From Callorhinchus milii (Eukaryota): a DNA stretch of 64,000 nt. The notes beneath the pieces were generated by a model. The model did not search any database. It had not been told where the DNA came from and saw only the letters and a program-made list of their open reading frames with translations. The position numbers and the translations under genes were made by a program. Shown here one piece after another: positions 38,156 to 50,202 of this stretch; position 1 is the stretch's first letter; each line of letters begins with the position of its first letter. Location of the stretch: NCBI RefSeq assembly GCF_018977255.1, contig NW_024704743.1, positions 17,672,001-17,736,000 on the forward strand, in the 5' to 3' direction.

Positions 38156-40324
38156 GAAGAACATTTTTTTGTTGCCCCAAGGGTTTTTAAAACATATATT
38201 CTCTTTCCATTTCCATTTTTCCTTTTCATTGAATGTGACAATTCCACGTTTCTAACACGGCCCAATCGCTGTCTCCTTTGAGTGCGTTCCACAAAAAGAG
38301 ATTCTTTCCGTTGAGTTCAAAAAATTGATTATTTCTGCTTTATCGTTTTATTAATACCCTATCCATTTAAACTAACATACTGAATAGCAAAGCGGAATAG
38401 GATCTGACCAAGTTCTTGACATTACTGACCGAAAAAGGTGTGTTCCTCAAAAAATATAAACATGATCTGTTTTGTGCAAAATAGTCAACCTTTTCCATCC
38501 ATCATGTGTTGCAGGATGTTCACACAAGGTTCTGTTTGCTGATGCTACTTGCTCTTCTGATGTGCCAACATTGGTAGGACAAACACATTGGCAGCCTAGG
38601 ACAGTAGTGTAAAAATAGCTACCCTTCTAGGTTCGCATTGTAACTAGCAGACAGAGAGGCGCCAATATAATGTGTATTTCATGTATACAAAGCCCTCAGA
38701 TACACTGTCAAGTTTTTTTTATTATTATTTAAATGTATCTTGCCTGTCTATTTTGTTTTTTGAATCTATATACATATGTAAATGTATTGATTTGTTTATA
38801 TACTTTTGTTTATTACGTTGCTTTGTATTTTTTGTAAGTTATAACTAATAAAAAGCAAATCTGCAGATTTTCTACCAACATGTTACATATAACTGGAACC
38901 TCAAATATACATACATATACTATTTTTTTAAGAGACATTCCTCTTTGACTGCACTTTCAGTTAACTTTCCCCTCCGAACCTCCTTGGCTTCCACTCCCAC
39001 CTTGAGTGCCAAGTCCAGGACTGTTAAGAGCCTTGGGACGTCCTCTTGACGTGAAAAGCGCTATATAAATGTAAGATTGTATTTTTTTTACGTGAACATA
39101 CGTCAATAAAAAGCTAATCTGCAGGTAGATGTTTTACCAAATTAGCTCCACCACCCTCGCTTGGGGAAGGACTTTTTTTTTAAATTGCTAGGCTTTTTTG
39201 GTGAACGAAGGATATGAGATTTTGAAAGAATTATTCCTGTACATTTCTATCTTTTATCAGAAATAGGAGAAATTTCTGTGATGATATTTGCTCCGTTCAA
39301 CAAATGTTATTACAAGCCTGTTGTTTACAGCGGTTACACATTGGGAAAATATTATGGCTTGTAGTCAGATGTGATAAATATGTTTAGAAAAGGAAAGTTA
39401 TCATACATTCTGCTTGATATATAGATTTAAAATATACAATTTAAATTAAATCATGATTTGAAGACATGACCAACAAGCATATTTACTCTGTGTTTGAGGG
39501 GGCCAGAGTAAGTCATGAGATTGTAGATACTGGTAATTTGTAAAGGGCCAAATGACCAATGTTATTTATCAACATCTTATGAAGTCAAGGATTGTTAAGA
39601 TGTGTGTCCAAGCTGTGGGTAGGTGGATGATGGCAATACTCTCAAGTATTGCTCTATCTGGTATATTCTGGTAACTACCCAGTGAGAGCTCAAAGCTGTG
39701 CTAGCCACACGTCAAATGATCAATTAGTGACTGTCTTCCTCGGGGCCAGGAGAGCTGAGCTGGCTTTTATCCTCTGTGACAGTCTCAGAAGTTTGGTTCA
39801 TGAGCCAGGCAGCCTACAGTCCACTGCTGCTAATGGACTAGCCAGCCTGGCTCATTAATGTGTCTTTACTGAGCTATTTTAATATTGTATTGTTTTATCA
39901 TAGAACGTCTCACATGGCGGGCACGTTGCAATTTAATATATTCCAAAATCTGTCCATACTGCTGTTAAGCAAGTACAAACCATTGAATCAATAATTGATA
40001 TTCAGTAGTTATTCGGGTGCACGAGTTCAGACCTGTTAATTCTTAAAGCAATTCATTGCTTAGTCATTACACTGATATAAGGAGCGTGTGAGCCAGAATT
40101 CTGACATGAGGTAAACCTTAGCTTAAAGAGTCTCCAATTCCTGGTTCTGAAGAATCAAAAGAAATAGAGATTTTGTTTGCCTGGTCTCGAATATGCACTC
40201 TGTAATCCCAGAAATATGGTCATATTCTCACTGGACTATGCCCAGAGAACATAGGTGCAAAATGGCAAAAGCCAACATGCTAGGTACTCCAAATTATGTC
40301 TTCGGGGTATCGCTATGCAAACTT

Positions 40325-40826
40325 CCTGCTTGGCGGCCTCCCCAACTCCTCCCTCCAAAAACTCTGCAGCCCGTGTCCTCTCACGCACTAGGCTCCGCAA
40401 CCCTATCACCCCACCCTTGTCCGACTCCACTGGCTTCCCATCATACAGTACAAGATCCAGGTCCTCACTTTCAAAGCCCTTGCTACCCCTTACCTCTGTG
40501 ACCTCCTAACCCCTACTGTCCCACCCGCTCCCTCCGCTCAGTGAGCTCCAACCTACTTCATGTCCCCCGCCTAGTTCGCCCTAACATTGGCAGGCGGTCC
40601 TTCAGCCATTCTGCCCCCACCCTCCGGAACTCCATCCCGCAGTCCCTCTGCCTCACCCGCTCCCTTGGAACCTTCAAGACCCATCTCAAGACCCTCCTCT
40701 TCGACCTTGCCTTCGGTGACCTCCCGACCCCCAGCTTGGGTCCGAAACACTGATTGTCCAGCGCCTTGGGACTTCCTCCCGATGCGTGAAAGGTTCTATA
40801 CAAATGTAATTTTGTTGTTGTTGTTG
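40325..40826 (+). mobile_element. L2 LINE 3' fragment
   Basis: NSAARVLSRTRLRNPITP; TFKTHLKTLLF; (TTG)n tail. Confidence 0.9.
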
Positions 40827-42509
40827 CTGGAATTGAACCAGATAAAACTATGCAGATTGTTATATACAATTGTATAAAATGCTGATGCTTGTCTGGCTTA
40901 TACCAACCCATGGTAGGGTGTTGGTACGTACGATATCAGAAGCCAAATGGGAATATTTACATTACCCCAGTGACAATTGTACTTTTCCAAGTGCCATGGT
41001 TAGGCTGGGTAGACTTAACAATTATCGACAGTACCCTGGAGTTCTGCAGCTCAGTCAGTTGTTCTGCAGATGTTTGACTGGCTCAACGTTTAGATCATGG
41101 AGTCCACCACAGAAAGTTGACTTAACTCCACTTTGCTTTTGCTGAGTATGTCATCATGGAGACAGCTCCACCCTAGCGATCACCCACTGACCAACCTCAC
41201 CAGGAGAATAATTATCGGTTGGTTATCATACGTATATGTTTGTTATAGGTTTAAGCTAGATGGTTAACTGGTAACTTGTCTTGAGCAGTAGGATGAGTGA
41301 CATACCTGTGCATAAAGTGTGGGAGAATATTGCTAGCACCCTTCAGACCTCTCAGCCAGGACATGCAATATAACTTATCTAATACAATATAACTTATCTT
41401 GGTGTGGGTATAGGAAAAAAATGCAGGAGAATAGGGCTGAATGAATAGCTTTTACAGAGAGCCGCACAGGTACAAATGGCCAAGTACTCTTCCTTTGTGT
41501 AAAGTTCTATGTTTCTGTTGTTCTAGTTCACTATAATGACTCCATTTGTTGGAGTTGTGAAGTTTCAGCAATCATTGCTTTGCTCTCTGTAGTCCAGCAG
41601 AGGGTTGTGTTTGCTGTTTTTATATGATCTATTAGGCTTCCTGAGGCTTATGCAATCAATTTATTGAAAAGAAACTAATACAGATGAAGCACTTTTTTGC
41701 TGAATCTGAATAGAATTCAAATGAAGCAAATATTTATTGAGATGCTTTTTGGTTTTGTTCAAAATCACGTGTCTTGTAACGTTTCATTTTTCGTTTCATG
41801 ACATGACATTTTACCTCCTTTTTGAATTAGACTGCGTGCGATTGCAGAAAAAGTTTATTTTTGAATGAGTAGACAGAGTGGAAGCTGGTTAAAAAAATAA
41901 TTGGTTTATCATGAGCACTGATGTGAAGTATGCAGTGTTGTTTTTTGATGTATTTACATCCTCTCCCAGATTTTCAATACACAATGAGGAAGTGTAAAAT
42001 CATAATGATTCTTTTACTGATAAGGAGTTTTCATCATTTTTTTTTCTTTCGAAAGGGTAAGTGTGAAATATCATTCACTTTTCACTAACATGAATAACCT
42101 GCAATAATGTTACTAATGGGTAATAGTAGATAAGCGTGAAATGCTCTATATTTCTCATGAGGATAAAATACATAATTCTTCCTCACCAGTGAAACATAAT
42201 TGGGAATTTCACATCTTTTCATAAGGCATGATAACATATTCCATTGTGGCTAGAATAAATATCAAATTCCTGGTACATTACAATCTCCCATTACAAAATT
42301 GACTTGTATAACCTTAACCAAGATGGATGCCTCCCAACTTGAAAGGCCCCGTATAAATGCAATGTGTTGTTTTCCGTTGTTTGTTTGTTCACATGCAACA
42401 ACAGCAACAACAACAAATTACACTTGTGTAGTGCTCTTCAAGTCAGAAAAGCGACCCAGCGGGGCGGACAATAAGGGGTTTTGGACCTGAGCTGGGTCCA
42501 AAACCCTAC

Positions 42510-42670
42510 ATAAGAACATGAGAAGATTGGAAGATGAGTAGACCATTCAGCCTATCAAGCTTGCTCCATTTACCTGTAATACCAGTTCCTTGATACCTCT
42601 GCCTATCAAATACCTCTCAGCTTAGACATTTCAATTGACCCGGCATTGACAACCTTTTGGGGGCAGTGGG
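42510..42670 (-). mobile_element. CR1 LINE 3' end, left part of an element split by L2
   Basis: cataagaacat..gaccattcagcctatcaagcttgctcca CR1-type tail. Confidence 0.65.
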
Positions 42671-42674
42671 CTAA

Positions 42675-45600
42675 CTATGCCTCGCTGACCCCCCCCCACC
42701 CCTACCACTTGCTTTTAGTCTCGGTGTGAGCATTATGGCTGCCAACACCGACCCGAGCTGCTTCCCCACAATGCCCCCACCCCTGTTCTCTACCCTCACT
42801 TACTCCCGCTCGGTCCTCCTCTCCCACCGCCCTCCCCGACTCCTATCCCTGCTCGACCGTCCCACTGCCTCCCTCTGCTCCAGGCTGCGAATCCTCCGTC
42901 AGCCCCACCGTGGGAGTCGCCGCTGGCTGTCTAACAGCATCCACTCTTGACTGCCCTATCCCCTACTCTCGCCGCAAAGCTTACCGGTCCCCGACCTTCC
43001 TGATCCACATCCCTACCCTCCCTATCAGTTCAACCGCCTCGCCCCCCACTTTCCACCACCAACTGTCCCCTCTGCATCAGACTACAAAACGTCCATTCCC
43101 TCTGCAATAAAACACATACCAAGACCTCATCGTCGATGAACACATCGATATCCTCGCCCTCACTGAAACCTGGATCATTCCAGGCAACACCTTCCCCCTG
43201 ACTGAAGCCACACCACTCGGCTACACCTTCCATCATACCCCTTGACCTAACCGCTGTGGTGGCAGGGTGGCTCTCATCTCCAGCTCCCCGCTCGGCCTAT
43301 CCCCTTACTCCTCTGGAACTTTCCCCTACTTTGAGCAGCTTACCCTCTATCACTCCTCTAACCTTTCGCTCAAAATCCTCCTTATCTACCGCCCTCCCCA
43401 AGAGCTTCCTCCCCGACATTTCCACCCTCCTATCTTCCCACTCCCTTTGCTCTGAACGCCTCCTCATTCTTGGCGATTTCAACCTTCACTTCATCCCCCC
43501 TCCTGCTCTACCTCTGGTGACTTTTCCTCCCTTATTTCCTCCCTCAATCTCTCCCTCCACAATCTCCCTCCCCTCCCTCTTGACTGCCTTGGAGTCATCT
43601 GAACTCCTTCCCCTCTGGGCGTCCTCCTGCATTGACCTATCCTCCTCAGTCACCCTTCTCCACAAATCCCTCTCCTCTACTCTCGATTCCCTTGCTCCAC
43701 TCTCCTCCCGAACCATCTCCTCACGCAAATCACCTTGGTACACCAGCCACCTCCGCTCCCTTAAAGCCCAGGCACATTCTGCTGAGTGCACCGGGCTTAA
43801 ATCAAACCTAACTGTCCACTGGCAGATTTTGCTGGACCACGTCAAATCCTACCACTCCGCCCTCACCTCCGCTAAATCGTCATTCTACTCCCAAGACAAT
43901 CTTGGAGGCTAAGGACAACCCCAGGCTCCTCTTCTCCATCACCAACCGACTCCTCCGCCCACACTCTCACGCCTCACCCAACCTCACCTTAAATGCCAAA
44001 GGAGAGGCGATGCTGGATTTCCTCAAATCCAAAGTCGAGGGAATCCCCTCAGCTACCTCTGCATCTGCTACCCCCTCCCCATCTCCTCTTCCCACCCCAG
44101 CCCCTACCCACCCCTCCCTCCACACCTTTGAACCTGTCTCTCCCTCCTCTTTCATCACCACCATAACCTGTATGAAACCCACCACCTGCTCCCTCGACCT
44201 ATCCAACTCCTTACCTCCCAGCCTCACCTCCTTGCCCTTCTACTCACTGACATTGTTAACCTCTCCCTGTCCTCTGGTACTGTTCCCACCACTTTTAAAA
44301 ACGCTGTCATCACTCCTATCCTTAAAACCCTCCCTGATCCCTTCTCTACTGTTTAACTACTGCTCCATCTCCAACCTCCCTTTCCTCTCCAAGGTCCTGG
44401 AACGAGTTGTTGCTTCTCAGCTTCGCTCCTTACTCTCCCACCATTCCCTTCTCGAACCCCTTCAATCAGGTTTCCGTGCCGCCCACAGCACAGAAACCGC
44501 CATGGTCAAAGTGACAAATGACATTCTGTCCATCTGTGACCAGGGCTCTCTCTGCCTCCTCATCCTCCTTGACCTCTCTGTTGCTTTCGACACCGTTGAC
44601 CACTCTATCCTCATCCACCGCCTCTCCTCTCACCTCAACCTCCACGGTGCTGTCCTTGATTGGTTCAGATTGTATCTCTCACAATGCCTGCACTTCATCT
44701 CCTCAAACAGCTTCTTCTCAAGCCCCCGGACCATCTCGTGCGGTGTGCTCAGGGCTCTGTCCTTGGTTCCCTCCTCTTCAATATCTATATGCTCCCTCTT
44801 GGTGACATCATCCGCAGACATGAGGTCAACTTCCACATGGATGCGGATATCTCTCTGCCTCCACCCTTGACTCCAGGACCACTGCTGTCTTGACAAAATG
44901 TCTGTCGGACATCAAGTCCTGGATAAGAGCTAACTTTCTTCAGCTGAACGTCAACAAGACCGAGGCTCTCTTGATTGGCTCCCGTCAGCGCCTCCTCACC
45001 TCAGGCGCTGACAGCATCACCAGCCAGTCTGGAAGCTTGGGGTCTTGTTTGACATTCAACTATCCTTTCTACCCCACATCTGCGCCATGACCCACTCTGC
45101 CGTCCCTCACCTCCCCAACGTTGCCCGGCTCCGACACTGTCTAACCCTCATACACTCCTTCATTAAATCGAGGCTCGACTTTGCAAACTCACTGCTTGTC
45201 GGCCTCCCCAACTCCTCCCTCCACAGACTGCAGATCATCCAGAACTCTGCAGCCCATGTCCTCTCTCGCTCTAGGCTACGTGACCCTATCACCCCCATCC
45301 TCGCCCAACTCCACTGGCTTCCTTTCATACAGAGGATATAGTTCAAGATCCTGGTCCTTACTTTCAAAGCCCTCCATGCTCTTGCTGCCCCCTACCTCTA
45401 CGACGTCCTAACCTCCTACCACCCTGTTTGCTCCTCCGCTCATCGGGCTCCGGCCTGCTTCATGTCCCCTGCCTTGCTCGCCCTACTATTAGTGGGCGGG
45501 TCTTCCACCACTCTGCACCCATCCTCTGGAACTCCATCCCGCAGTCCCTCCATCTCGCCCCTCCCTCGCCACCTTCAAGACCCACCTCAAGACCTTCCTC

Positions 45601-45740
45601 TTTGACCATGCTTTCGATCTTCGTGCTCCCCACCCGCTCTACCCCCTCCATCAACTCGGGTCCGTAATTCTATCTGTCCAGCAACTTGGGACGTCCTTCT
45701 GACGTGAAAGGCGCTATACAAATGTAATTTTGTCGTTGGT
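42675..45740 (+). mobile_element. Long degenerate L2 LINE: ORF2 AP-endonuclease and reverse transcriptase with frameshifts and stops
   Basis: DILALTETW, IYRPP, LILGDFNLH (APE); ISNLPFLSKVLERVV, QSGFRAAHSTETA, LDLSVAFDTVDH, QGSVLG (RT); L2 tail. Confidence 0.95.
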
Positions 45741-45764
45741 ATCTTTGTTGTGAATTGCACATTG

Positions 45765-46118
45765 CAAGAGTTCTTTGTGTGAAAAAATATTGGTTACTCT
45801 CCAAAATAAAATTATGCCTTTGTGTTCTGGATACCCCTATATTATTCCCCTATATTAGAGGAAAATATTTCTCTCTGTCTTACCTTGTCAAATCATTTTA
45901 AACACCTCAATCAGATATATCAACCCCTTAGCTCAAAGAAATATATCCCATTTGCCCAGGCTCTTGTAATTTAGCCCCTTCAGCCCAGGTACTGGTGAAT
46001 CTGTGCTGCACCTTCACCAAGACCTGACATGTGTGATATCGTAAGGTGTGGAGTCCAAAACTGAACGCAGTACTCCAGATGAGATCTGACCGGGGCTCTG
46101 TACAATTGAAACATCACT
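45765..46118 (-). mobile_element. CR1 LINE ORF2 fragment, right part
   Basis: tgtgtgaaaaaa..ggtgaatctgtgctgcacc..ccaaaactgaacgcagtactccag. Confidence 0.65.
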
Positions 46119-47220
46119 TCGTTGCTCTTCTATTCAGCGTTCTGAGACACTGTCCCATGTGAAGGGCACTATATAAACAACAACAAATTACATCTGTATA
46201 GTGCCATTCATGTCGGGAGGACGTCCTAAGGTGCTTAACAGTCAGGGATTTGAACCTGAGCTGGGGGTTGGGATCAGGAGGGGTGGGAAACGACAACAAT
46301 ACATTTTTTAAAAAAGCAAACCGCCTTTCATGTCAGGTAATATAAAAGTTATGTTACTAAAAAAGAAATGCAGGATTGATGTGATATTTCACTTATGTTA
46401 TATTAAAAATGAATTAATACAATCCATTCAATTAATATTAACATTAAATGCAAAGGAACAGATTGGTTGGAAATTTTCTCCTCATTCTCTATGTATGCAA
46501 TGAACTATTTAAAACAGCAACAATAATTTGCATTTATATAGTGCCCTTCACGGGATCTAGAGTCCTAATGATGTAAGTTTGGGGTATAAACTGTGGTGCT
46601 TGTAAATATTGAATCTTTGCTAGTAACCAGATGTGCATCACACCAACCCATGGGAACTCTGCTTTAATGTGCCTAGAGCGAGATTCGAAAATAGATTGAA
46701 GTTCCAACGGGGTCAGCTGACACACATCTGATTACCATCAGGAATCTATATTTATGAATCCTTTGGAATCCTGTTGCAAATCCCTCATCTTAGACTCCAG
46801 CGAAACAAGATTACTAACAGCTGAATTAATTACTAATGGAAGGACGTCAGAGCAATTGTGTGTCGGTCAGGATGCACCTCCATCTGAAAAAGACATTTAA
46901 AGAATGAATTCCAATTCTTGAAAATAAACTGCCCAATTTAACACTCTTTAAACACTGTTTATTGTATTTGTCCCTTAAAATATTTATTTTCTTCCTATTT
47001 AGGACTGGCCAACACAGTGCCCAATTTGCTAAGGGTAGGTAGGCTACCAAGGTTCTACCAATGGTAACAAAACATGGGAGATGCATAAAAATGGTGCAAT
47101 TTGAATTTCCTCCTGTTTTTTCCCTTAGAGGAAGTAACTCAACACTGTTCAGTGTTTCCCCAGGCACCTCTGTATGAGATCAGGAGCTTTTGTTGGGAAT
47201 GTCAGGAAGGGACTTTTGTG

Positions 47221-47447
47221 AAACAAAAACAGAGAGAGCTGGGAAAACTCAGCAGGTCAGGCAGCATCTATGAAGAAAGGAAAGTGAGTCAAACTTTTGG
47301 GTTCACGACCGTTCTGACGAAGGATCGTGGACCCGAAACATTGACTCACTTTCCTTTCTTCAAGGATGCTGCCTGACCTGCTGAGTTTTCCCAGCTCTCT
47401 CTGTTTTTGTTTCAGATTCCCAGCATCTGCAGTATTTTGTGTTTTGT
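47221..47447 (+). mobile_element. Penelope-like (PLE) inverted pLTR hairpin insertion with 13-bp TSD
   Basis: 74-bp inverted arms (72/74), TSD agggacttttgtg, CTGACGA..GAAAC core. Confidence 0.75.
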
Positions 47448-48454
47448 AGGGACTTTTGTGTGACTGATCCACAAAGCAGCTTGATCAGCCAGGATCCCAA
47501 CACGGACACTTAACAGATATTGAGGGTAGAAACAGCACTTCTCAGATCAGCGTTACAACACCTGAAAATATGCTTTCCAATGGCACCTTCTGCAAGGAAA
47601 TCTATGTCAGTTGCACTGACTCGAAAGACTTCTGCATTGATATGGCATTCTTGGAGCCAAGGTCTCAGACCTTGGTGTAACATACAGGAGTTTCCCTGTA
47701 GAAAAAATGGTTCAGATAATGTTTTAAAGTGAACTAAAGGCCTTTACCTGGACTCAGTTTCATGATTGCTTCAAAAATATTTAGAGAATAGATTTCTTCT
47801 TCCTTCTTTGTCTGACTTTGCTTCAGCATAAGATTACAAGGTTAGAAATGTGATCATGTAGGTGGACAATGAGAAAGTGGCACAGATATTACAAAAAGAA
47901 GTGAGCCTGAAAAGTTTCACAAAGTTTTAGCCTAAAATGGAGGCTGACACATAGAAGATAAACCACATTGGGGATGCATTGATTTTTTTTGTGTGAATCA
48001 TTGTCATAAGAAATGGACCCATAAGGTCATTCATCCGAAGAACAATATTTAAGAAAATCATTTTTTAAAATGTTTTTTGACTGTAGATTGAGCTCAACTG
48101 GCACAGATATCTGGCACAATGCATCTCTTTTAATCCGAGTGGACAGAACTTGAGATCAAGCACTATTCATTTGAGTTAAGTGAAAGCCAGAGATAAGCCT
48201 TTTTAGAAAGGCATCGTTTGCTGGTCATTTACATGGTAACTAACAATTCCATGAAGGAGTAAGAAATTGGCTACCCATCCAATTTCTCATATTGTTCCTT
48301 TATTCCTATCACTGCACTTTGACCTGCTAATGATATACATTTAGGCATCTTTCCATAGATGTGATAAATAAGAAGAAACATGTTGTTCTTGAGCAGTAGA
48401 ATAGACGTTGACTTTTCGAATGAAGTTCAATGAGACAAGAATGCAGTTTTATTC

Positions 48455-48770
48455 ATAATAACAATAATCCTTGCATTTGATATAGCGCTTTTCACGTCGG
48501 GAGGACGTCCCAAAGCGCTTCACAGAATATACTGTAAAGTGAATTGACTGTATATTTGTGGGCGAACGCGGCAGCCAATTGCGCACAGCAATGTCCCACA
48601 AACAGTCGTAGATTGAAAATGACCAATTTATTATTGTTTTGGGTTTTTGGAGGGATTATTATTAGGCGTGTGGAGTAAGGAAACTTGCCCAAGGTTTCGC
48701 CCTGCCTGGAATTGAACCCAGGTGTCTTGCTTGCAAAGCAAGTGCTCTAACCACTGAGCTACAGGACTCC
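48455..48770 (-). mobile_element. tRNA-derived SINE, short subfamily
   Basis: Near-identical to 7468-7797. Confidence 0.93.
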
Positions 48771-50096
48771 ATCACTAAACAACCCTTTTATATTGTTCTT
48801 ACGAACCAGCATGTACTGTAAGGACATATCTTCAAAGGTATATTATATCTTCCCGGCATGAAGGGGAACCCTTGTGTTGATTTCAGTGAAGTAGTTTATT
48901 TTTGTCAAGCAAATTGCAAATACACTTTCTTACCACGCAGTTGTTTTGAACCGTAGCACTTATTTGGCTTTCCGAATTCTTTCAATTTACGATTCGCAAT
49001 TGTGCAGATGTTGCTAGTGAAAAGATGAAAAGCAGTTTTCATTGTTTGTACCAGGAGCTGTGACATTCATGGTCTTATGAATTGTGTGCGCAACATATCA
49101 GCAGCTGAACAAATCCCACTGGTTCTCTCTTAAAATGTTCATCAATTTGAGGATTTCTTGAGTTTCTTTGGAATGTCTGGTTGTGTATGTTTTTTTGCAT
49201 ATGGCTAAAGGAGTAAGTTCAGAGGGAGCACATTTTATTCAAAGCATTTCTGCTAAATATAGGACAAAATAATATGCGAATGAAAGAGTTCCTTACCTGA
49301 ACTGAGAAACCCTCATTATAGTATCATACCTGGGGTACACCTACTCTTCCTGGAACAAGCCATTCATTCCATGATAATACTGAAACTTGTGAGGAAAAGC
49401 TTAGTTCAGTTTAGTGGGAAGAGGATGGAGCTCTGAACCCTAATCAAGGTAAATTCAGTCCAAGCAAGTTATACAATAATACTGCTCAGTACTAGACTTT
49501 CCTATGGTCAGACAGGTATAGAACCACACTCATCCTTCACTATACTCAAGGACCCTCCAGTTCCTCCTACTACACATAAATAACAATGGAGCTACAATGA
49601 AAAAACAATGTTACTTTCTTTTTCTAAAGGAATTACTTTGAACAAAAAGTAGTCCCTCTAAGACTGTAGAGAAAAAATTATAACCACAAGGGAGAACAGA
49701 GAGGCATGTGTACCTGTGGGGAGAAAATTAGAAATATAATTGGACACACTAAATATTTTAAAAGATCAGTTGCTAAGTATAATTTATATGATCAATTTCT
49801 ATTTATAATTAGTACATTGGAAATGTTCTTGATTTCCTATTGCTACGTAGGGCCGAATGGGTGGTTCCCATGCTGATTTACGTAAAGCCTGCTTCCAGAA
49901 TAATAAAATGATAATTCTCTATTGTATAAGCATATAGTTAGATATTAACCCCATCTCCTTCATAAAGGCTACTTTAAAATGAAGATGGACTTGCTAATCA
50001 TTGCTTACAGTTTGGGACTCAATGTTGTTTCATGAAAAGTGGAAGGAGAATGTATAAACTATATATAACATTTGTTTCTATTTTAATTTGTTGCAG

Positions 50097-50202
50097 ATCT
50101 GTAGTAATGAAAAGAAGTGTGTGTGTGGAGAATCCTGGAGAGGCGATGATTGCAGTGTATATTTCCCAGTTGGAATAGGAAAAGTCGCACCAGTTGGCCA
50201 TG
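50097..50202 (+). CDS. ADAM22: ADAM22 exon, EGF-like: [35 protein letters not shown]
   Basis: ttgcag|...ATG|gttcgt; donor chosen for phase compatibility with the TM exon. Confidence 0.9.

Noticed and set aside
43902..44870. 322-aa ORF as a host gene
   Set aside because: It is a frameshifted fragment of L2 ORF2 (RT).
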